From: Elusimicrobiota bacterium
Lineage (GTDB): Bacteria > Elusimicrobiota > Elusimicrobia > UBA1565 > UBA9628
Length of the DNA: 54,215 nt
Assembly: GCA_027319565.1 (NCBI GenBank)
Contig: DAHVNA010000008.1
Location: forward strand, 1 to 54,215
Direction of reading: 5' to 3'
In this document: piece by piece, positions 36,800 to 49,800 of the stretch
How positions within the stretch are numbered: position 1 is the first letter of the stretch
Layout of the letters: each line of letters opens with the position of its first letter
Notes under the pieces: generated by a model
Database searches by the model: none
Told to the model about the DNA's origin: nothing
The model's input: only the letters and a program-made list of their open reading frames with translations
Position numbers and translations under genes: made by a program

Positions 36800-37168
36800 T
36801 TAGATCACCTCCGGAGCGAGAGAGATGATTTTTAAAAACTCCTTGTCGCGAAGTTCCCGCGCCACGGGGCCGAAAACGCGCGTTCCCTTGGGTTCATTTT
36901 TATCATCGATCAAGCAAGCGGCATTTTCGTCAAAGCGGACATAGGAGCCGTCCGCGCGCCGCGAGTTTCTGGCGACTCTGACCACGACCGCCTTAACGAC
37001 TTCTCCCTTTTTAATCGCGCCATGGGGAATAGCGTCTCTGACGCTGCAGACGATGATGTCTCCAACCCCGGCGTAACGCCGATAAGAACCGCCCATTACA
37101 TGAAAACATTGCAATTTTTTCGCGCCGGAATTATCGGCGACATTTAAAATAGAGCGTAGTTGAATCAT
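36800..37168 (-). CDS. rplN: 50S ribosomal protein L14
   Basis: VADNSGAK and [12 protein letters not shown]. Confidence 0.98.
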   Translation of the reverse strand: MIQLRSILNVADNSGAKKLQCFHVMGGSYRRYAGVGDIIVCSVRDAIPHGAIKKGEVVKAVVVRVARNSRRADGSYVRFDENAACLIDDKNEPKGTRVFGPVARELRDKEFLKIISLAPEVI

Positions 37169-37497
37169 CCCGCAATGCCTCCCACTGAAGCCTCTTTCTG
37201 ATTGGCCGCGACATAACCCGCGGGAGCTTTTTTGACGATGCGCACGAGGCGCCAGCGCTTGGTCTTAGAAATAGGTCGGCAACTCATCACTTCAACCAAA
37301 TCTCCCAATTTTGAAGCCCCTTCTTCGTCGTGAACGACAAAACGAGAATTTTTTCTCATCACTTTTTCATAGAATCTGTGTTTGGTCAAACGCTCGACGG
37401 AAACGATCCGAGTCTTCGTCATTTTGTCGGAGACGACCAAACCCTCAAAGACCTTCCGGTTTGATCTCGATTTTTCAACAGATGATTCAAGAGCCAT
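37165..37497 (-). CDS. rpsQ: 30S ribosomal protein S17
   Basis: [11 protein letters not shown] and RPISKTKRW. Confidence 0.97.
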   Translation of the reverse strand: MALESSVEKSRSNRKVFEGLVVSDKMTKTRIVSVERLTKHRFYEKVMRKNSRFVVHDEEGASKLGDLVEVMSCRPISKTKRWRLVRIVKKAPAGYVAANQKEASVGGIAG

Positions 37498-37699
37498 GAG
37501 CACCCACCTTCTTAATGGAAATCCAAGTATTAATCCGGGCGATATAACGCCGAAGATTTCTCAATTCCATCGGATTATCCAATGGACTTAAGGAATGTTT
37601 CCAAGAGAGATTCGCCAGCTTTTCTTTCGTTTGCCGCAACTCCTGTTCCAATTCCGCCACGGTCAAACTTTTTTTCGCTTCTCGTTCTTTTGTCTTCAT
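37487..37699 (-). CDS. rpmC: 50S ribosomal protein L29
   Basis: LDNPMELRNLRRYIARINT, at the expected position between rplP and rpsQ. Confidence 0.93.
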   Translation of the reverse strand: MKTKEREAKKSLTVAELEQELRQTKEKLANLSWKHSLSPLDNPMELRNLRRYIARINTWISIKKVGAHGS

Positions 37700-37714
37700 T
37701 TTAAAACCTTTAAA

Positions 37715-38131
37715 TTAAATGTGCTCCCGGACCACAACCTTCGTCTTGATTGGAAGCTTATACGAAGCGGAGCCAAAAGCCTTTTCGGCCTCTTCCTGGG
37801 GAATTCCTTCCAATTCAAAGAGAACGCGTCCGGGCTTAACGACGCAGACCCAATGATCGGGCGCGCCTTTTCCTTTTCCCATACGAGTTTCAGCGGGATG
37901 CTTGGTCACCGCTTTGTCCGGAAAAACGCGAACCCAGAGCTTTCCGCCTTTTTTTAGGTATCGGCCGATAGCGACGCGAGCCGATTCGATTTGGCGGGCC
38001 GTCACCCATTTCGGTTCTAAAGCCTTAAGCCCAAACTCTCCAAATGAAATCTCGGTCCCGCGTTTGGCCAGCCCCTTTACGCGGGGATGGCTATGCGGCT
38101 TTCTGTATTTAACGCGTTTTGGCATCAACAT
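37715..38131 (-). CDS. rplP: 50S ribosomal protein L16
   Basis: [11 protein letters not shown] and RMGKGKG. Confidence 0.98.
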   Translation of the reverse strand: MLMPKRVKYRKPHSHPRVKGLAKRGTEISFGEFGLKALEPKWVTARQIESARVAIGRYLKKGGKLWVRVFPDKAVTKHPAETRMGKGKGAPDHWVCVVKPGRVLFELEGIPQEEAEKAFGSASYKLPIKTKVVVREHI

Positions 38132-38140
38132 AAAATTCCC

Positions 38141-38923
38141 CTATTCAAGCTCCGCGGAATCTTTAGGGCTTTCCGCCACCGCTTCTTTCGCCCCTTCTTT
38201 CACCGAGACCGCTCCCACAGGTTGAATACCCGTCGGCGCGACCACGGCCGCCACGTTTTGATCTTTCTTGGCCAAAAGTAGAAGTTCTTTGGGGCTCTTG
38301 ACGAAAAGTTGTTTACGGAAGATCCAAACCTTGACTCCAATGAGACCCGCGGTCGTCATCGCTTCCGCCGCCCCATAGTCAATGTCCGCAGAAAAAACGT
38401 GCAGAGGAACCCTGCCCTCGCGCGCCCATTCGCGGCGAGCGATTTCCGATCCATTTAAACGCCCGCCGACCATGACCTTAATTCCTAAAGCTCCGGCCTG
38501 CATCGTGCGCTCCATCGCCCGGCGCATCACGCGGCGATAAGCCGCGCGCTTTTCAATCTGGGCGGCAATGGCTTCCGCCACTAGGCGAGAATCCAATTCC
38601 GGCTCTTTAACCTCGATGACATTGATAAAAGTTTTACGACCGGTCATGTCTTCGATTTGTTTGCGAACAGATTCAATATCGGCGCCTTTTTTTCCGATGA
38701 CGATTCCGGGACGAGCGGTGTGAACATTGACTCTAAGATAAGTTCCCGCCCGTTCAATAGCCACTGCGCTGACCGCCGCGTGCCGAAAGGTCTGCTTAAC
38801 CAACAAGCGGATTCGGTGATCTTCTCCAATCAAGGCGGGCATTTCTTTTAAAGAGAACCAACGCGATTCCCAATCGTGGATATAGCCCAAACGCATCGCG
38901 TTAGGATGAGTTTTATTTCCCAT
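38141..38923 (-). CDS. rpsC: 30S ribosomal protein S3
   Basis: MGNKTHP, RPGIVIGKKG, GRLNGSEIAR and GVKVWIF. Confidence 0.98.
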   Translation of the reverse strand: MGNKTHPNAMRLGYIHDWESRWFSLKEMPALIGEDHRIRLLVKQTFRHAAVSAVAIERAGTYLRVNVHTARPGIVIGKKGADIESVRKQIEDMTGRKTFINVIEVKEPELDSRLVAEAIAAQIEKRAAYRRVMRRAMERTMQAGALGIKVMVGGRLNGSEIARREWAREGRVPLHVFSADIDYGAAEAMTTAGLIGVKVWIFRKQLFVKSPKELLLLAKKDQNVAAVVAPTGIQPVGAVSVKEGAKEAVAESPKDSAELE

Positions 38924-38924
38924 G

Positions 38925-39302
38925 TTATTTCCCTTTCCCCGTCTTTTGATAGGAGTCGGAGACGACGACGGTGACGTGGCAAATCTTGCGGTGCAGCGTC
39001 ATCGCGCGTCCCTGTGGACCCGGGTTGACGCGCCGCATGGCGCCCAACGGGCCGATAGTCGCCCAACACGACTTAATATAAACCTTTTCCGGAACCAGAG
39101 GCTTGCCCTGCTTGGCCGCCTTGTTCGCGAGATTGGCCGCGGCGGATTTCACCACATGCGCGACCATCTTTCCGGAAATGCGCGGAATGTTCGGCAGAAT
39201 CTCTTCCGCCTCAAGCACGGCCTTGCCCCGAATTTCATCGAGAACCTGATTGACCTTCCGCGCCCCGTATCGTTGAAAACGTCCGTATGCTGTCGCTTCC
39301 AT
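38925..39302 (-). CDS. rplV: 50S ribosomal protein L22
   Basis: ARKVNQVLDEIRGK, KSAAAN, QGRA and HVTVVVS. Start set at ATG 39302, just after the rpsS stop. Confidence 0.95.
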   Translation of the reverse strand: MEATAYGRFQRYGARKVNQVLDEIRGKAVLEAEEILPNIPRISGKMVAHVVKSAAANLANKAAKQGKPLVPEKVYIKSCWATIGPLGAMRRVNPGPQGRAMTLHRKICHVTVVVSDSYQKTGKGK

Positions 39303-39306
39303 GTTA

Positions 39307-39591
39307 TTAAGTGAGAGCCGTCGCTTCTTTATGCATGCCGCCATGAGATCTGAAGAACCTCGTAAAGGAAAATTCTCCCAGGCGGTGGCCGACCATTTGT
39401 TCGGTCACATAGACCGGTAAAAATTTGCGCCCATTATGAACCCCGAAAGTATGTCCAACAAATTCAGGCGGAATCGCAGAAGCCCGAGCCCAAGTCTTAA
39501 TCATCTTCTTGTCCCCGACGGCGTTCATCTTCTGCACTTTTTTAAATAACTTAGCGTCTATATACGGACCTTTTTTAGTCGATCGACTCAT
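39307..39591 (-). CDS. rpsS: 30S ribosomal protein S19
   Basis: [15 protein letters not shown] and MVGHRLGEF. Confidence 0.98.
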   Translation of the reverse strand: MSRSTKKGPYIDAKLFKKVQKMNAVGDKKMIKTWARASAIPPEFVGHTFGVHNGRKFLPVYVTEQMVGHRLGEFSFTRFFRSHGGMHKEATALT

Positions 39592-39619
39592 ATTTTTTCC
39601 TTCACCTCATCAAACTGAA

Positions 39620-40465
39620 CTACGCCGTCGCCTGCTTAGCGCGCCGACGATCCGCGACAATCATCCAACTCCAAATTTTGTTTTTCTTGCGAGTCTTATA
39701 ACCCTTCGCTAATTGATTCCAAGGCGACTTCGGATGGTTTCCACCCTTTGATTTTCCGCGCCCGCCGCCCATTGGATGATCCGTGGCGTTCATCGCGCCG
39801 CCGCGAACCGTGGGACGAATTCCCAAGTGCCTGGAACGCCCCGCTTTACCGAGGCTGATCGTATTGTGATCGGTATTGGAAACTTGTCCAATGGTCGCCA
39901 AGCAAGAATCCGGAACCTTGCGAATTTCGCCGGAAGGCATTCTCAACTGGGCAAAACCGGAATCTTTGGCCATCAACTGCGCTTGAGAGCCGGCGGATCG
40001 AATCATTTGCGCGCCGCGGCCAGGCTGAAGCTCGATATTATGAATAAAAGTTCCGTCAGGAATATAAGACAAAGGCAAAGCGTTTCCCACTTTAATTTCG
40101 GCGGCGGGGCCGCTCATAATCACATCTCCGACATTGAGCCCCACGGGATGCACGATATAGCGTTTCTCTCCGTCGCTGTAATTGACCAGGGAAATGCGCG
40201 CGCTTCGATTCGGATCGTATTCAATGGACACCACGCGTCCAGGAATGCCGAATTTTTCGCGCTTAAAATCAATGATCCGATAGGAACGGCGATGACCGCC
40301 GCCCTGATGGCGCACCATGATCATTCCGGTGTTATTGCGCCCGCCTTTCTTGCGAAGATTTTTCAACAAACTTTTCTCCGGCGTATCGGTGGTTAATTCC
40401 GCGAAATCCGGGCTCGTCATATTGCGACGAGAGGGAGTGTAAGGTTTATAAAATTTAAGACCCAT
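39620..40465 (-). CDS. rplB: 50S ribosomal protein L2
   Basis: [15 protein letters not shown] and [18 protein letters not shown]. Confidence 0.98.
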   Translation of the reverse strand: MGLKFYKPYTPSRRNMTSPDFAELTTDTPEKSLLKNLRKKGGRNNTGMIMVRHQGGGHRRSYRIIDFKREKFGIPGRVVSIEYDPNRSARISLVNYSDGEKRYIVHPVGLNVGDVIMSGPAAEIKVGNALPLSYIPDGTFIHNIELQPGRGAQMIRSAGSQAQLMAKDSGFAQLRMPSGEIRKVPDSCLATIGQVSNTDHNTISLGKAGRSRHLGIRPTVRGGAMNATDHPMGGGRGKSKGGNHPKSPWNQLAKGYKTRKKNKIWSWMIVADRRRAKQATA

Positions 40466-40756
40466 CTAATTTTCCTCTCCGATTTTAATGGATTGGCCCG
40501 CTTTGATGCGCACGACCGCTTTTTTCCAATCCGACTTTCGCCCCACGCTTTTTGAAACGCGGCGAACCTTTCCGGGGAAAACCATCGTTCGGACGTCTTC
40601 GACGGTCACATGAAAAAGGCCTTCCACCGCTTTTTTAATCTCAGGCTTGGTGGCTGATTTATTCACACGGAAAACATAAGCGTTCTGCTTATCCTTTAAG
40701 ATAGTGCTTCTCTCCGTGCGAATAGGCCGTTCGATAATTCCGTAAAGGTTTTCCAT
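40466..40756 (-). CDS. rplW: 50S ribosomal protein L23
   Basis: ATKPEIKKAVE and WKKAVV. Confidence 0.97.
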   Translation of the reverse strand: MENLYGIIERPIRTERSTILKDKQNAYVFRVNKSATKPEIKKAVEGLFHVTVEDVRTMVFPGKVRRVSKSVGRKSDWKKAVVRIKAGQSIKIGEEN

Positions 40757-40759
40757 AAA

Positions 40760-41425
40760 TTATTTTCCCACAACGCTTAATTTCTGCCACGCCGCCTGCG
40801 TCAAGACCAGTCGGTCGGCCGCCAAAACCCCATAAGCGTTCAAATTTTCGGGCTGGGTCACGGTAAAATCTTTAATATTACGGGCGGCAAGAGAAACTTT
40901 GGGATTTTTTTCTTCAATCACCAGAACGGTTCTCGGAGAACAATTCAATTTTTTTAGAAGAGAAGCCATCTCGCGCGTACGCGCATCGTTTAACTGAAAT
41001 GAATCCAGAAACGTGATTTTCCCCTCTTGATATTTAGCCGCCAGCGCGTGCGCCAAAGCCTTGCGCGCTTTTTGCCTGGGGAAATCCAAATGAAGCCGGC
41101 CCGCCTTCGGGCCATGAATAACCCCTCCATGCCTCCACAAAGGAGAACGAATGGAGCCTGCGCGCGCGCGACCGGTATGCTTTTGCTTCCAGGGCTTTTT
41201 GCCGCCGCCGGAAACTTCCGAGCGAGTCTTCACGCTCGCCGAGCGCTCTCTTTGATTGGCCAAATAAATAGTCACGTACTCGTGGAGAAATTCCTTGGAA
41301 GGATTAATCTCGACGAGAGTATCTTGCAAATCAACTTGCCCCACCGATTCCCCTTTCATATTCAGAAGGGGAGCCTGCATCTTCACTTGTTTTTCTTTTG
41401 ATTGCGGCATATTCAATCTCACCAA
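40760..41425 (-). CDS. rplD: 50S ribosomal protein L4
   Basis: KTRSEVSGGGKKPWKQKHTGRARAGS. The start codon is uncertain. Confidence 0.97.
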   Translation of the reverse strand: MVRLNMPQSKEKQVKMQAPLLNMKGESVGQVDLQDTLVEINPSKEFLHEYVTIYLANQRERSASVKTRSEVSGGGKKPWKQKHTGRARAGSIRSPLWRHGGVIHGPKAGRLHLDFPRQKARKALAHALAAKYQEGKITFLDSFQLNDARTREMASLLKKLNCSPRTVLVIEEKNPKVSLAARNIKDFTVTQPENLNAYGVLAADRLVLTQAAWQKLSVVGK

Positions 41426-41428
41426 ACC

Positions 41429-42232
41429 TTATTTTTTAGCTGCCGTCGGCTTTTTAGCCGTAATAATATTACCCATCTTGTCTTTCTTAATGGCGGACTT
41501 GACAGGCTCAACCCAGAATTTTCTAGATTTAACTGTTTCAAAAACCTTGACTAAGCCGCCGCGCGGCCCCGGCACAGAACCCTGCAGATAAACCAAATTC
41601 TGACTCGGATCAACTTCGATAACCTCAATTTTTTGAACGGTTGCCATCTCTCCGCCCATTCGTCCCGCCATTCTCTGGCCAGGCAACACCCGCCCTAAAG
41701 CGCGGCGAGAAGCTAATGAACCGGGAGAACGCTGCTTATCGGAAGCGCCATGAGAAGCCGGAAGACCCCGGAAACCGTGGCGCTTCATCGCGCCGGCAAA
41801 ACCTTTTCCTTTATTAACGGCTTGAACATCGACGTAGTCCCCGGGTTTAAAAATATCGGCTACATGCACTTGCTGACCAAGCTCGAAACCGGAAACATTA
41901 TCCACTCGAACCTCTCGAACCCAGCGCGCCGGAGAAACGGAAACTTTCTTGAACTGCCCTAGAAGCGCCTTGGAAAGATTTTTTTCTTTGCGTTTCCCAT
42001 AGGCCAATTGAACGGCATTATAGCCATCCGGACCGCTTAAACTTTTAACTCCGATCACATCGCAAGGGCCGGCTTGAACCACCGTGACATCGCACAAACG
42101 CCCATTTCTCTGCCGAAAAACCTGCGTCATTCCCACCTTCTGGCCGAAAATAACGCGCAGAGATGCGGGAGCCTTTTTAACGGCACCCGCTTTAGATTCC
42201 GTCTGTTCCGTCTTCGTTGTTTCTTCGCTCAC
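41429..42232 (-). CDS. rplC: 50S ribosomal protein L3 with N- and C-terminal extensions
   Basis: KVGMTQVF, DGYNAVQL, KGKGFAG and GSVPG. GTG start. Confidence 0.97.
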   Translation of the reverse strand: MSEETTKTEQTESKAGAVKKAPASLRVIFGQKVGMTQVFRQRNGRLCDVTVVQAGPCDVIGVKSLSGPDGYNAVQLAYGKRKEKNLSKALLGQFKKVSVSPARWVREVRVDNVSGFELGQQVHVADIFKPGDYVDVQAVNKGKGFAGAMKRHGFRGLPASHGASDKQRSPGSLASRRALGRVLPGQRMAGRMGGEMATVQKIEVIEVDPSQNLVYLQGSVPGPRGGLVKVFETVKSRKFWVEPVKSAIKKDKMGNIITAKKPTAAKK

Positions 42233-42265
42233 ATGACCCTCGAATGTTAAAAAAAATTCCCCAGA

Positions 42266-42589
42266 CTAGAGTTTTATTTCAACGTCAACCCCAGCCGGCA
42301 AGTCCAACTTCATCAATTCGTCTACGGTCTTTGCCGTAGTGCTGTCGAGCTCAATAAGACGCTTATGAATGCGCATCTCAAATTGCTCACGGGATTTTTT
42401 ATCCACGTGCGGAGAACGCAACAGCGTATATTTTTTAATCCGCGTCGGAAGGAGTACCGGACCCCGAACCACAGCGCCAGTGCGCTGGGCGGTTTCAACA
42501 ATCTTCCCTACACTCGCATCTAGGATGCGATAGTCATACGAACGAAGCCGTATCCGAATTTTTTGCTGCGGACTGCTTAGCTCAACCAT
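42266..42589 (-). CDS. rpsJ: 30S ribosomal protein S10
   Basis: [10 protein letters not shown] and [14 protein letters not shown]. Confidence 0.98.
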   Translation of the reverse strand: MVELSSPQQKIRIRLRSYDYRILDASVGKIVETAQRTGAVVRGPVLLPTRIKKYTLLRSPHVDKKSREQFEMRIHKRLIELDSTTAKTVDELMKLDLPAGVDVEIKL

Positions 42590-42617
42590 GTTATTGTACC
42601 TTATTATTTAATTTTTT

Positions 42618-43805
<1,188 letters not shown>

Positions 43806-43820
43806 TTTTGTTCTCCTTTT

Positions 43821-45920
43821 TTATCTCTGAGTTGCCATCGCGGCGGCATTTTTCTCGACAATCGCCTTATAGACATTGTTCGGCACTTCTTCATAATGGC
43901 TCGGCTCCATGGTAAATGAAGCGCGGCCTTGCGAAATCGAACGCACCACCGTCGCGTATCCGAACATTTCGGCCAAGGGAACTGTCGCGCGGACAAATTT
44001 CAAGTGTCCGCGGTCTCCCATGTCCTGAATTTTAGCGCGGCGGCTGTTTAAGTCTCCGATGACGTCTCCCATGTATTGCTCGGGAGTCACCACCTCAAAT
44101 TTCATGACGGGCTCCAGTATCGTCGGGCTCGCTTTTTTACAGCCCGAGCGCAAAGCCATCGCACCGGCGATCTTAAAAGCCATTTCAGAAGAGTCCACTT
44201 CATGGAAAGAGCCGTCCATCAAGGTAACCTTGATATCGACAATCGGATATCCCGCCAAGGCTCCGCCGTCCAAGGCTTCACGCACGCCTTTTTCAACGGC
44301 CGGAATAAATTCCCGCGGAATGCGGCCCTGTTTGATTTCATTGACAAATTCAAAACCTTGCCCCATCGGCTGCGGCTCAATTTGAATGATGCAATGACCG
44401 TATTGTCCGCGACCGCCGGATTGGCGAATGAACTTGCCTTCTTCGACGATTTTTTTGCGAACCGTCTCTTTATAAGCGACTTGCGGATTGCCCACATTGG
44501 CTTGCACGTTAAACTCTCGCTTCATGCGGTCCACGATGATGTCTAAGTGAAGCTCTCCCATCCCCGAGATAATGGTTTGTCCGGTCTCGGTATCGGTCCT
44601 GAGACGGAAGGTCTGATCTTCTTCCGCCAAGCGGCCCAAGGCCATCGACATTTTTTCCTCGTCCGCTTTTGATTTCGGTTCGATAGCGACCGAAATAACC
44701 GGTTCAGGAAAGGTAATCTGCTCTAGGATAATAGGATTTTTTTCAGAACAGAGGGTGACTCCGACCTGGGAGTTTTTCATCGCTACCGTCGCAGCGATAT
44801 CGCCCGCGAAAACTTGTTTAACCTCTTCTCTTTGGTTGGCGTGCATTCGAAGAATGCGGCCGATTCTCTCGCTGGTTTTCTTATTCGCGAAATAAATAGT
44901 GTCTCCGACGCTCAAGGTTCCCGAATAAACTCTAAAGAAAGCGAGTTTTCCGACATAAGGATCTGATTGAATCTTAAACATCAACGCGGAAAAAGGCTCC
45001 GAATCGGAAGCCTTCCGCTCAACCGGATTTCCGGTATCGACATCAGTCCCTTGAACCGGCGGCAAATCGACCGGAGAAGGAAGGAAATCGCAGACCGCAT
45101 CCAACATCGGTTGAACTCCCTTGTTTTTATAGGAGGATCCGCACAAAACTGGGAAGATCTTGGATTTCAACACTCCCGTGCGCAGGGTTTTACGCAATTC
45201 CGCGGAGGTAAAATTATGGTCGCCGTTGAGATAGCGCTCCATCATCGCATCGTCAAACTCGACGATTTTTTCGACCATCTTGTCATGGTATTCTTGAGCC
45301 TGGGCCTTCATTTCATCGGGGATTTCAAGAACCTCCCATTTCGCGCCCAGCTCTTCTCCGAGCCAAACCAAGGCTTTCATCTCGATTAAATCGATTAAGC
45401 CTTTGAAGTCGGCTTCGGCTCCGATTGGGAGTTGAATCGGGCAGGCATTGGCCCCGAGCATCTTCTCAATAGAGTGATACGACATATAAAAATCCGCGCC
45501 CAAACGGTCCATTTTATTGATGTAGGCGACGCGGGGCACATGATATTTATCCGCCTGTCTCCACACCGTCTCCGATTGCGGCTCAACTCCTTGAACCCCG
45601 TCAAAACAGACAACGGCCCCGTCTAAAACGCGAAGGGATCTCTCCACTTCGGCGGTAAAGTCGACATGTCCTGGAGTGTCGATGATGTTAATCTGGCAAT
45701 CCCGCCACTTGCAGTATGTCGCCGCCGCCGTAATCGTGATGCCGCGCTCTCTTTCTTGCGGCATCCAGTCGGTCGTAGTCGCGCCGTCATGAACTTCTCC
45801 GATTTTATGAATACGTCCGGTGTAATAAAGAATGCGCTCGGTCGTCGTCGTCTTGCCGGCGTCGATGTGAGCGATAATTCCAATATTGCGGATTTTCTCT
45901 AAAGGAAATTCTCTGGGCAT
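43821..45920 (-). CDS. fusA: Elongation factor G
   Basis: [25 protein letters not shown] and GMGELHL. Confidence 0.99.
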   Translation of the reverse strand: MPREFPLEKIRNIGIIAHIDAGKTTTTERILYYTGRIHKIGEVHDGATTTDWMPQERERGITITAAATYCKWRDCQINIIDTPGHVDFTAEVERSLRVLDGAVVCFDGVQGVEPQSETVWRQADKYHVPRVAYINKMDRLGADFYMSYHSIEKMLGANACPIQLPIGAEADFKGLIDLIEMKALVWLGEELGAKWEVLEIPDEMKAQAQEYHDKMVEKIVEFDDAMMERYLNGDHNFTSAELRKTLRTGVLKSKIFPVLCGSSYKNKGVQPMLDAVCDFLPSPVDLPPVQGTDVDTGNPVERKASDSEPFSALMFKIQSDPYVGKLAFFRVYSGTLSVGDTIYFANKKTSERIGRILRMHANQREEVKQVFAGDIAATVAMKNSQVGVTLCSEKNPIILEQITFPEPVISVAIEPKSKADEEKMSMALGRLAEEDQTFRLRTDTETGQTIISGMGELHLDIIVDRMKREFNVQANVGNPQVAYKETVRKKIVEEGKFIRQSGGRGQYGHCIIQIEPQPMGQGFEFVNEIKQGRIPREFIPAVEKGVREALDGGALAGYPIVDIKVTLMDGSFHEVDSSEMAFKIAGAMALRSGCKKASPTILEPVMKFEVVTPEQYMGDVIGDLNSRRAKIQDMGDRGHLKFVRATVPLAEMFGYATVVRSISQGRASFTMEPSHYEEVPNNVYKAIVEKNAAAMATQR

Positions 45921-45924
45921 AGGA

Positions 45925-46404
45925 TCACCAACGATAATGCGCGAAGGCCCTGTTGGCCTCGGCCATTTTATGAGTATCTTCGCGTTTTTTAAACGCCGTT
46001 CCTTCTTTTTTGTGAGCGGAAATCAATTCATCCGCCAAGCGCTCGGCCATGGGTTTTCCCGATTTACCCTCGGCGGCTTCAATCAACCAGCGCATCGCAA
46101 TCGTAGTCGAACGCGCGGGAGGAACCTCAATTGGAACTTGATAGGTCGCTCCGCCGACGCGCCGGGCTTTAACTTCAAGCAACGGACGAACGTTTTCAAT
46201 CGCCCCGGTTAAAAAGTTGAGAGGATCTTGCTGGGTCTTTTCTTTGACGATATCCATCGCCCCGTAGAGAACCTTCTGGGCCGCAAGTTTCTTCCCCATG
46301 AAATTAATCTTGTTAATGAAGCGGGAAACTAAAACGCTCCCGTATTTGTAGTCCGGAAGCGGCGCCGGCCTTCTATCTCTTGGTCTCAGTCCTTTTCTTG
46401 GCAT
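45925..46404 (-). CDS. rpsG: 30S ribosomal protein S7
   Basis: [11 protein letters not shown] and [15 protein letters not shown]. Confidence 0.98.
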   Translation of the reverse strand: MPRKGLRPRDRRPAPLPDYKYGSVLVSRFINKINFMGKKLAAQKVLYGAMDIVKEKTQQDPLNFLTGAIENVRPLLEVKARRVGGATYQVPIEVPPARSTTIAMRWLIEAAEGKSGKPMAERLADELISAHKKEGTAFKKREDTHKMAEANRAFAHYRW

Positions 46405-46428
46405 AACAAATATCCTCTTTTAATTTTC

Positions 46429-46815
46429 TTAAGCCTTCGCGGCAGCCTTCGGTCTCTTGGCGCCGTAAATAGAACGCCCTTGCTTGCGGCCCTCAACCCC
46501 AGCGGTATCCAAAACTCCGCGAATAATATGATAACGAACTCCTGGCAAATCTTTAACGCGGCCCCCGCGAATTAAAACGATGGAGTGCTCTTGGAGGTTG
46601 TGTCCGACCCCAGGAATATAGGCCGTGACTTCGGTTCCCGTCGTGAGCTTAACGCGGGCAATCTTGCGCAAAGCCGAGTTCGGCTTTTTAGGAGTGGTGG
46701 TGGACACGCGGGTGCAAACCCCTCTTCTCTGCGGACATGATCTAAGAGCCGGCGCTTTTGAGCGCGCGACCTGACTGTGTCTTCCGTATCTGATTAATTG
46801 ATTGATTGTGGGCAT
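46429..46815 (-). CDS. rpsL: 30S ribosomal protein S12
   Basis: [10 protein letters not shown] and [12 protein letters not shown]. Confidence 0.99.
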   Translation of the reverse strand: MPTINQLIRYGRHSQVARSKAPALRSCPQRRGVCTRVSTTTPKKPNSALRKIARVKLTTGTEVTAYIPGVGHNLQEHSIVLIRGGRVKDLPGVRYHIIRGVLDTAGVEGRKQGRSIYGAKRPKAAAKA

Positions 46816-46817
46816 AT

Positions 46818-49800
46818 TTATTTCCCCTTCCCGTTGGCGGAACTTTCTCGCGCCGCCGCCTGTTCTAATATATTCTTTCTCACATTGAAGCCGGTTCCCG
46901 CCGGAATCATATGTCCGATGATCACGTTCTCTTTAAGCCCTTTCAAGTAATCGATTTTTGAAGTTGTCGCGGCATCGGTCAAAACGCGGGTCGTTTCTTG
47001 GAAACTCGCCGCCGAGACAAAAGAACTTGAAGCCAAGCTCGCCTTGGTAATTCCCAACAGAACCGGCTCTCCCTGGGCTTCCTGCTTGCCTTCGTCTTTA
47101 GATTTCTGATTGGTGTCCGCGAAAACGAAGCGATTGACGATTTCGCCTTTGATAAAGGCGGTGTCTCCGGAGCTGGTCACCTTGACATTTTGAAGCATCT
47201 GTCGAACGATGCACTCAATATGCCGGTCGGCCAGTTGAACTCCTTGGAGGCGATAGACTTCCTGAATCGCGTTGACCAAAAATTCCTGGACTTCCTTGAT
47301 GCCTTTAACCCGCAACACATCGTGCGGATCGATGGCGCCGTCGGTCAGGGCTTCTCCCACTCCAACGCGATCGCCTTCATAGACCATTAAATGCTTTCCT
47401 TGCGGAATCAGATAATCTCGAACGAGATCGGTTTCCTCGTTGCGCACGGAAACCTGAACCAATCCCTTGGGACCGACGCCCAAGCTCACGATTCCCTCGA
47501 TTTCAGAGACAATCGCGCCGTTCTTGGGTTTTCTCGCCTCGAAAAGTTCGGAAACTCGCGGCAAACCGCCGGTAATATCTTTAGATTTCGCGAATTCCTG
47601 CGGGATCTTGGCCAAGACATCTCCAGGGCGCACCGCCTGTCCGGAGTCGACCATCAAAATGGTATCGGTCGGGAGCGGATAGACCGCAAGCTCTTTTCCG
47701 TCTTTTTCCACGATAACCCGCGGGTTCAGTCTTCTCGAGGACCCTTTGTCTTTCTCCGACATCCGGCGAGTTTCTTGGTCGATAATCTTGCGCTCGATGA
47801 TTCCGGTGATTTTATTGCGCTCTTCATGCAAAGTGACGCCTTCCTTGACATCCGCAAAACGAAGGGTTCCTTCCTGTTCGCAGACGACCGGCATCGCATA
47901 AGGATCCCACTCGGCCACCAGTTCCGCCGCCCCAATCGAAGCGCCGTCAGAAACCTTTAGGCGGCTTCCGTAGTGGAGCTTGTATTCTTCCACTTTCCGG
48001 TCTTTGCTGATCAGGTTGACGACACCCGTGCGGGAAACCACCACCGTCTGTCCCTCTCGGGTTTTAATGGTGCGAACGTTTTTCAACTCCACCTTTGACG
48101 GATGAGAAGAAATGATCTGGGATCTTTTCGCCACGCGAGACGCGGTTCCTCCGATATGGAAGGTTCTCAAGGTCAACTGGGTTCCCGGCTCGCCGATGGA
48201 TTGAGCGGCGATAATTCCAACCGCTTCGCCGACATCCACCAAACGCCCAGAGCTGTTATTAATTCCGTAGCATTTCGCGCAAACGCCGTTGTCGGATTCA
48301 CAAGTCAACACCGAACGGGTTCTGATGTAATCAATGCCTAAGGCCCGAATTTTAGAGGCCACTTCCGGAGTAACGAGATCCCCTGACTTGCACAAAACCT
48401 TGGTTTTTTTCCCGTCCTCGGACTCGGTAGAAACAATATCTTCAAGACAAACCCGGCCTAAAATGCGCTCTTCCAAAGGCTCAATGATTTCATCGCCAGC
48501 GGACAAATCGCCCAAACGCACTCCGTTGATCGTTCCGCAATCTTCTTCGACGATCACGAGATCATGGGCGATATCCACCAAACGGCGGGTGAGATATCCG
48601 GCATCGGCGGTCTTGAGCGCGGTGTCGGCCAACCCTTTGCGGCCTCCGTGAGTGGAAATAAAGTATTCAAGGACCGTCAAGCCCTCGCGGAAGTTGGAAA
48701 TAATCGGCTGTTCGATAATTTCACCGACGCCTCCGGTTAATTTTTTCTGCGGTTTGGCCATGAGTCCCCGCATACCGGCCAATTGGCGAACCTGCTGGCG
48801 ACTCCCGCGAGCGCCGGAATCCGCCATCAAGAAGATGGAATTAAATCTCGCTTTTCCGCTGGAATAAGGCTCCACTTCTTCTTTTTTCATCTCATCGAAC
48901 ATGACATCGGAAATCTCGTCGGTGACGTGGGTCCAGATATCGATGATCTTGTTATAACGTTCGCTCTCGGTGATAATTCCGTCGCGGCTCTGTTTTTCAA
49001 TTTCGCGAACTTTTTTGCGCGCCTTCTCCACCTCTTCTTTTTTCTTAACGGGAATGTGCATGTCCGATATCGATATGGACAGCCCGGCCATCGTCGCGAA
49101 ACGGAAGCCCAACTGCTTTAAATTGTCAAGCAGCAACGCCGTTTTATGATGACCTAAATTTTTATAGGAGTGGTCGACTAATTGGGACAATTCTTTTTTG
49201 CCCATAGCCTTATTGATATAACCCATCTCCGTCGGAAGGACTTGATTAAAAATCACGCGCCCGACCGTGGTCCAATCTTTCCAATCTGAGACCTTGGAAT
49301 TTTTGCCTTCCTCTTCGATAATTTTATTGATGCCCTGAACTTTAATTTTGGCGTGGAGATCGACTTTTTTATTCTGCCAGGCGGCCACCACCTCGGACTG
49401 ATCGCCGAAAATCATCCCTTCGCCCAGTTCGCCGCTCTTAAACTTCGTCAAGTAATGGATTCCCAAAACCATATCGTGAGACGGAACCGCGATCGGCTTT
49501 CCCGAGGCGGGAGAAAGAATATTGTTGGTCGCCATCATGAGGAGCCGCGCTTCCAGCTGCGCTTCCTGGGATAACGGCACATGGACCGCCATCTGATCGC
49601 CATCGAAGTCCGCGTTAAAAGCCGCGCAGGTCAAGGGATGGAGTTGAATTGATTTGCCTTCAACCAACACCGGCTCAAAGGCTTGAATACCCAAGCGGTG
49701 AAGGGTCGGAGCGCGGTTAAGGAGAACCGGATGTTTTTGGGTCACATATTCCAAAATATCCCAGATCTCCGGCTGAACCTTGTCGAACATGCGCTTGGCC

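Noticed and set aside
39776..40396. Long plus-strand ORFs opposite conserved genes (also 47391-47960, 20613-21146, 13150-13647, 44076-44546 and others)
   Set aside because: Antisense shadows of well-conserved genes, with no recognisable motifs or start signals.
47580..48150. Large insert in the RpoC trigger loop (and the coiled-coil insert in the RpoB flap region)
   Set aside because: These match the well-known SI3 and beta-i9-type insertions.
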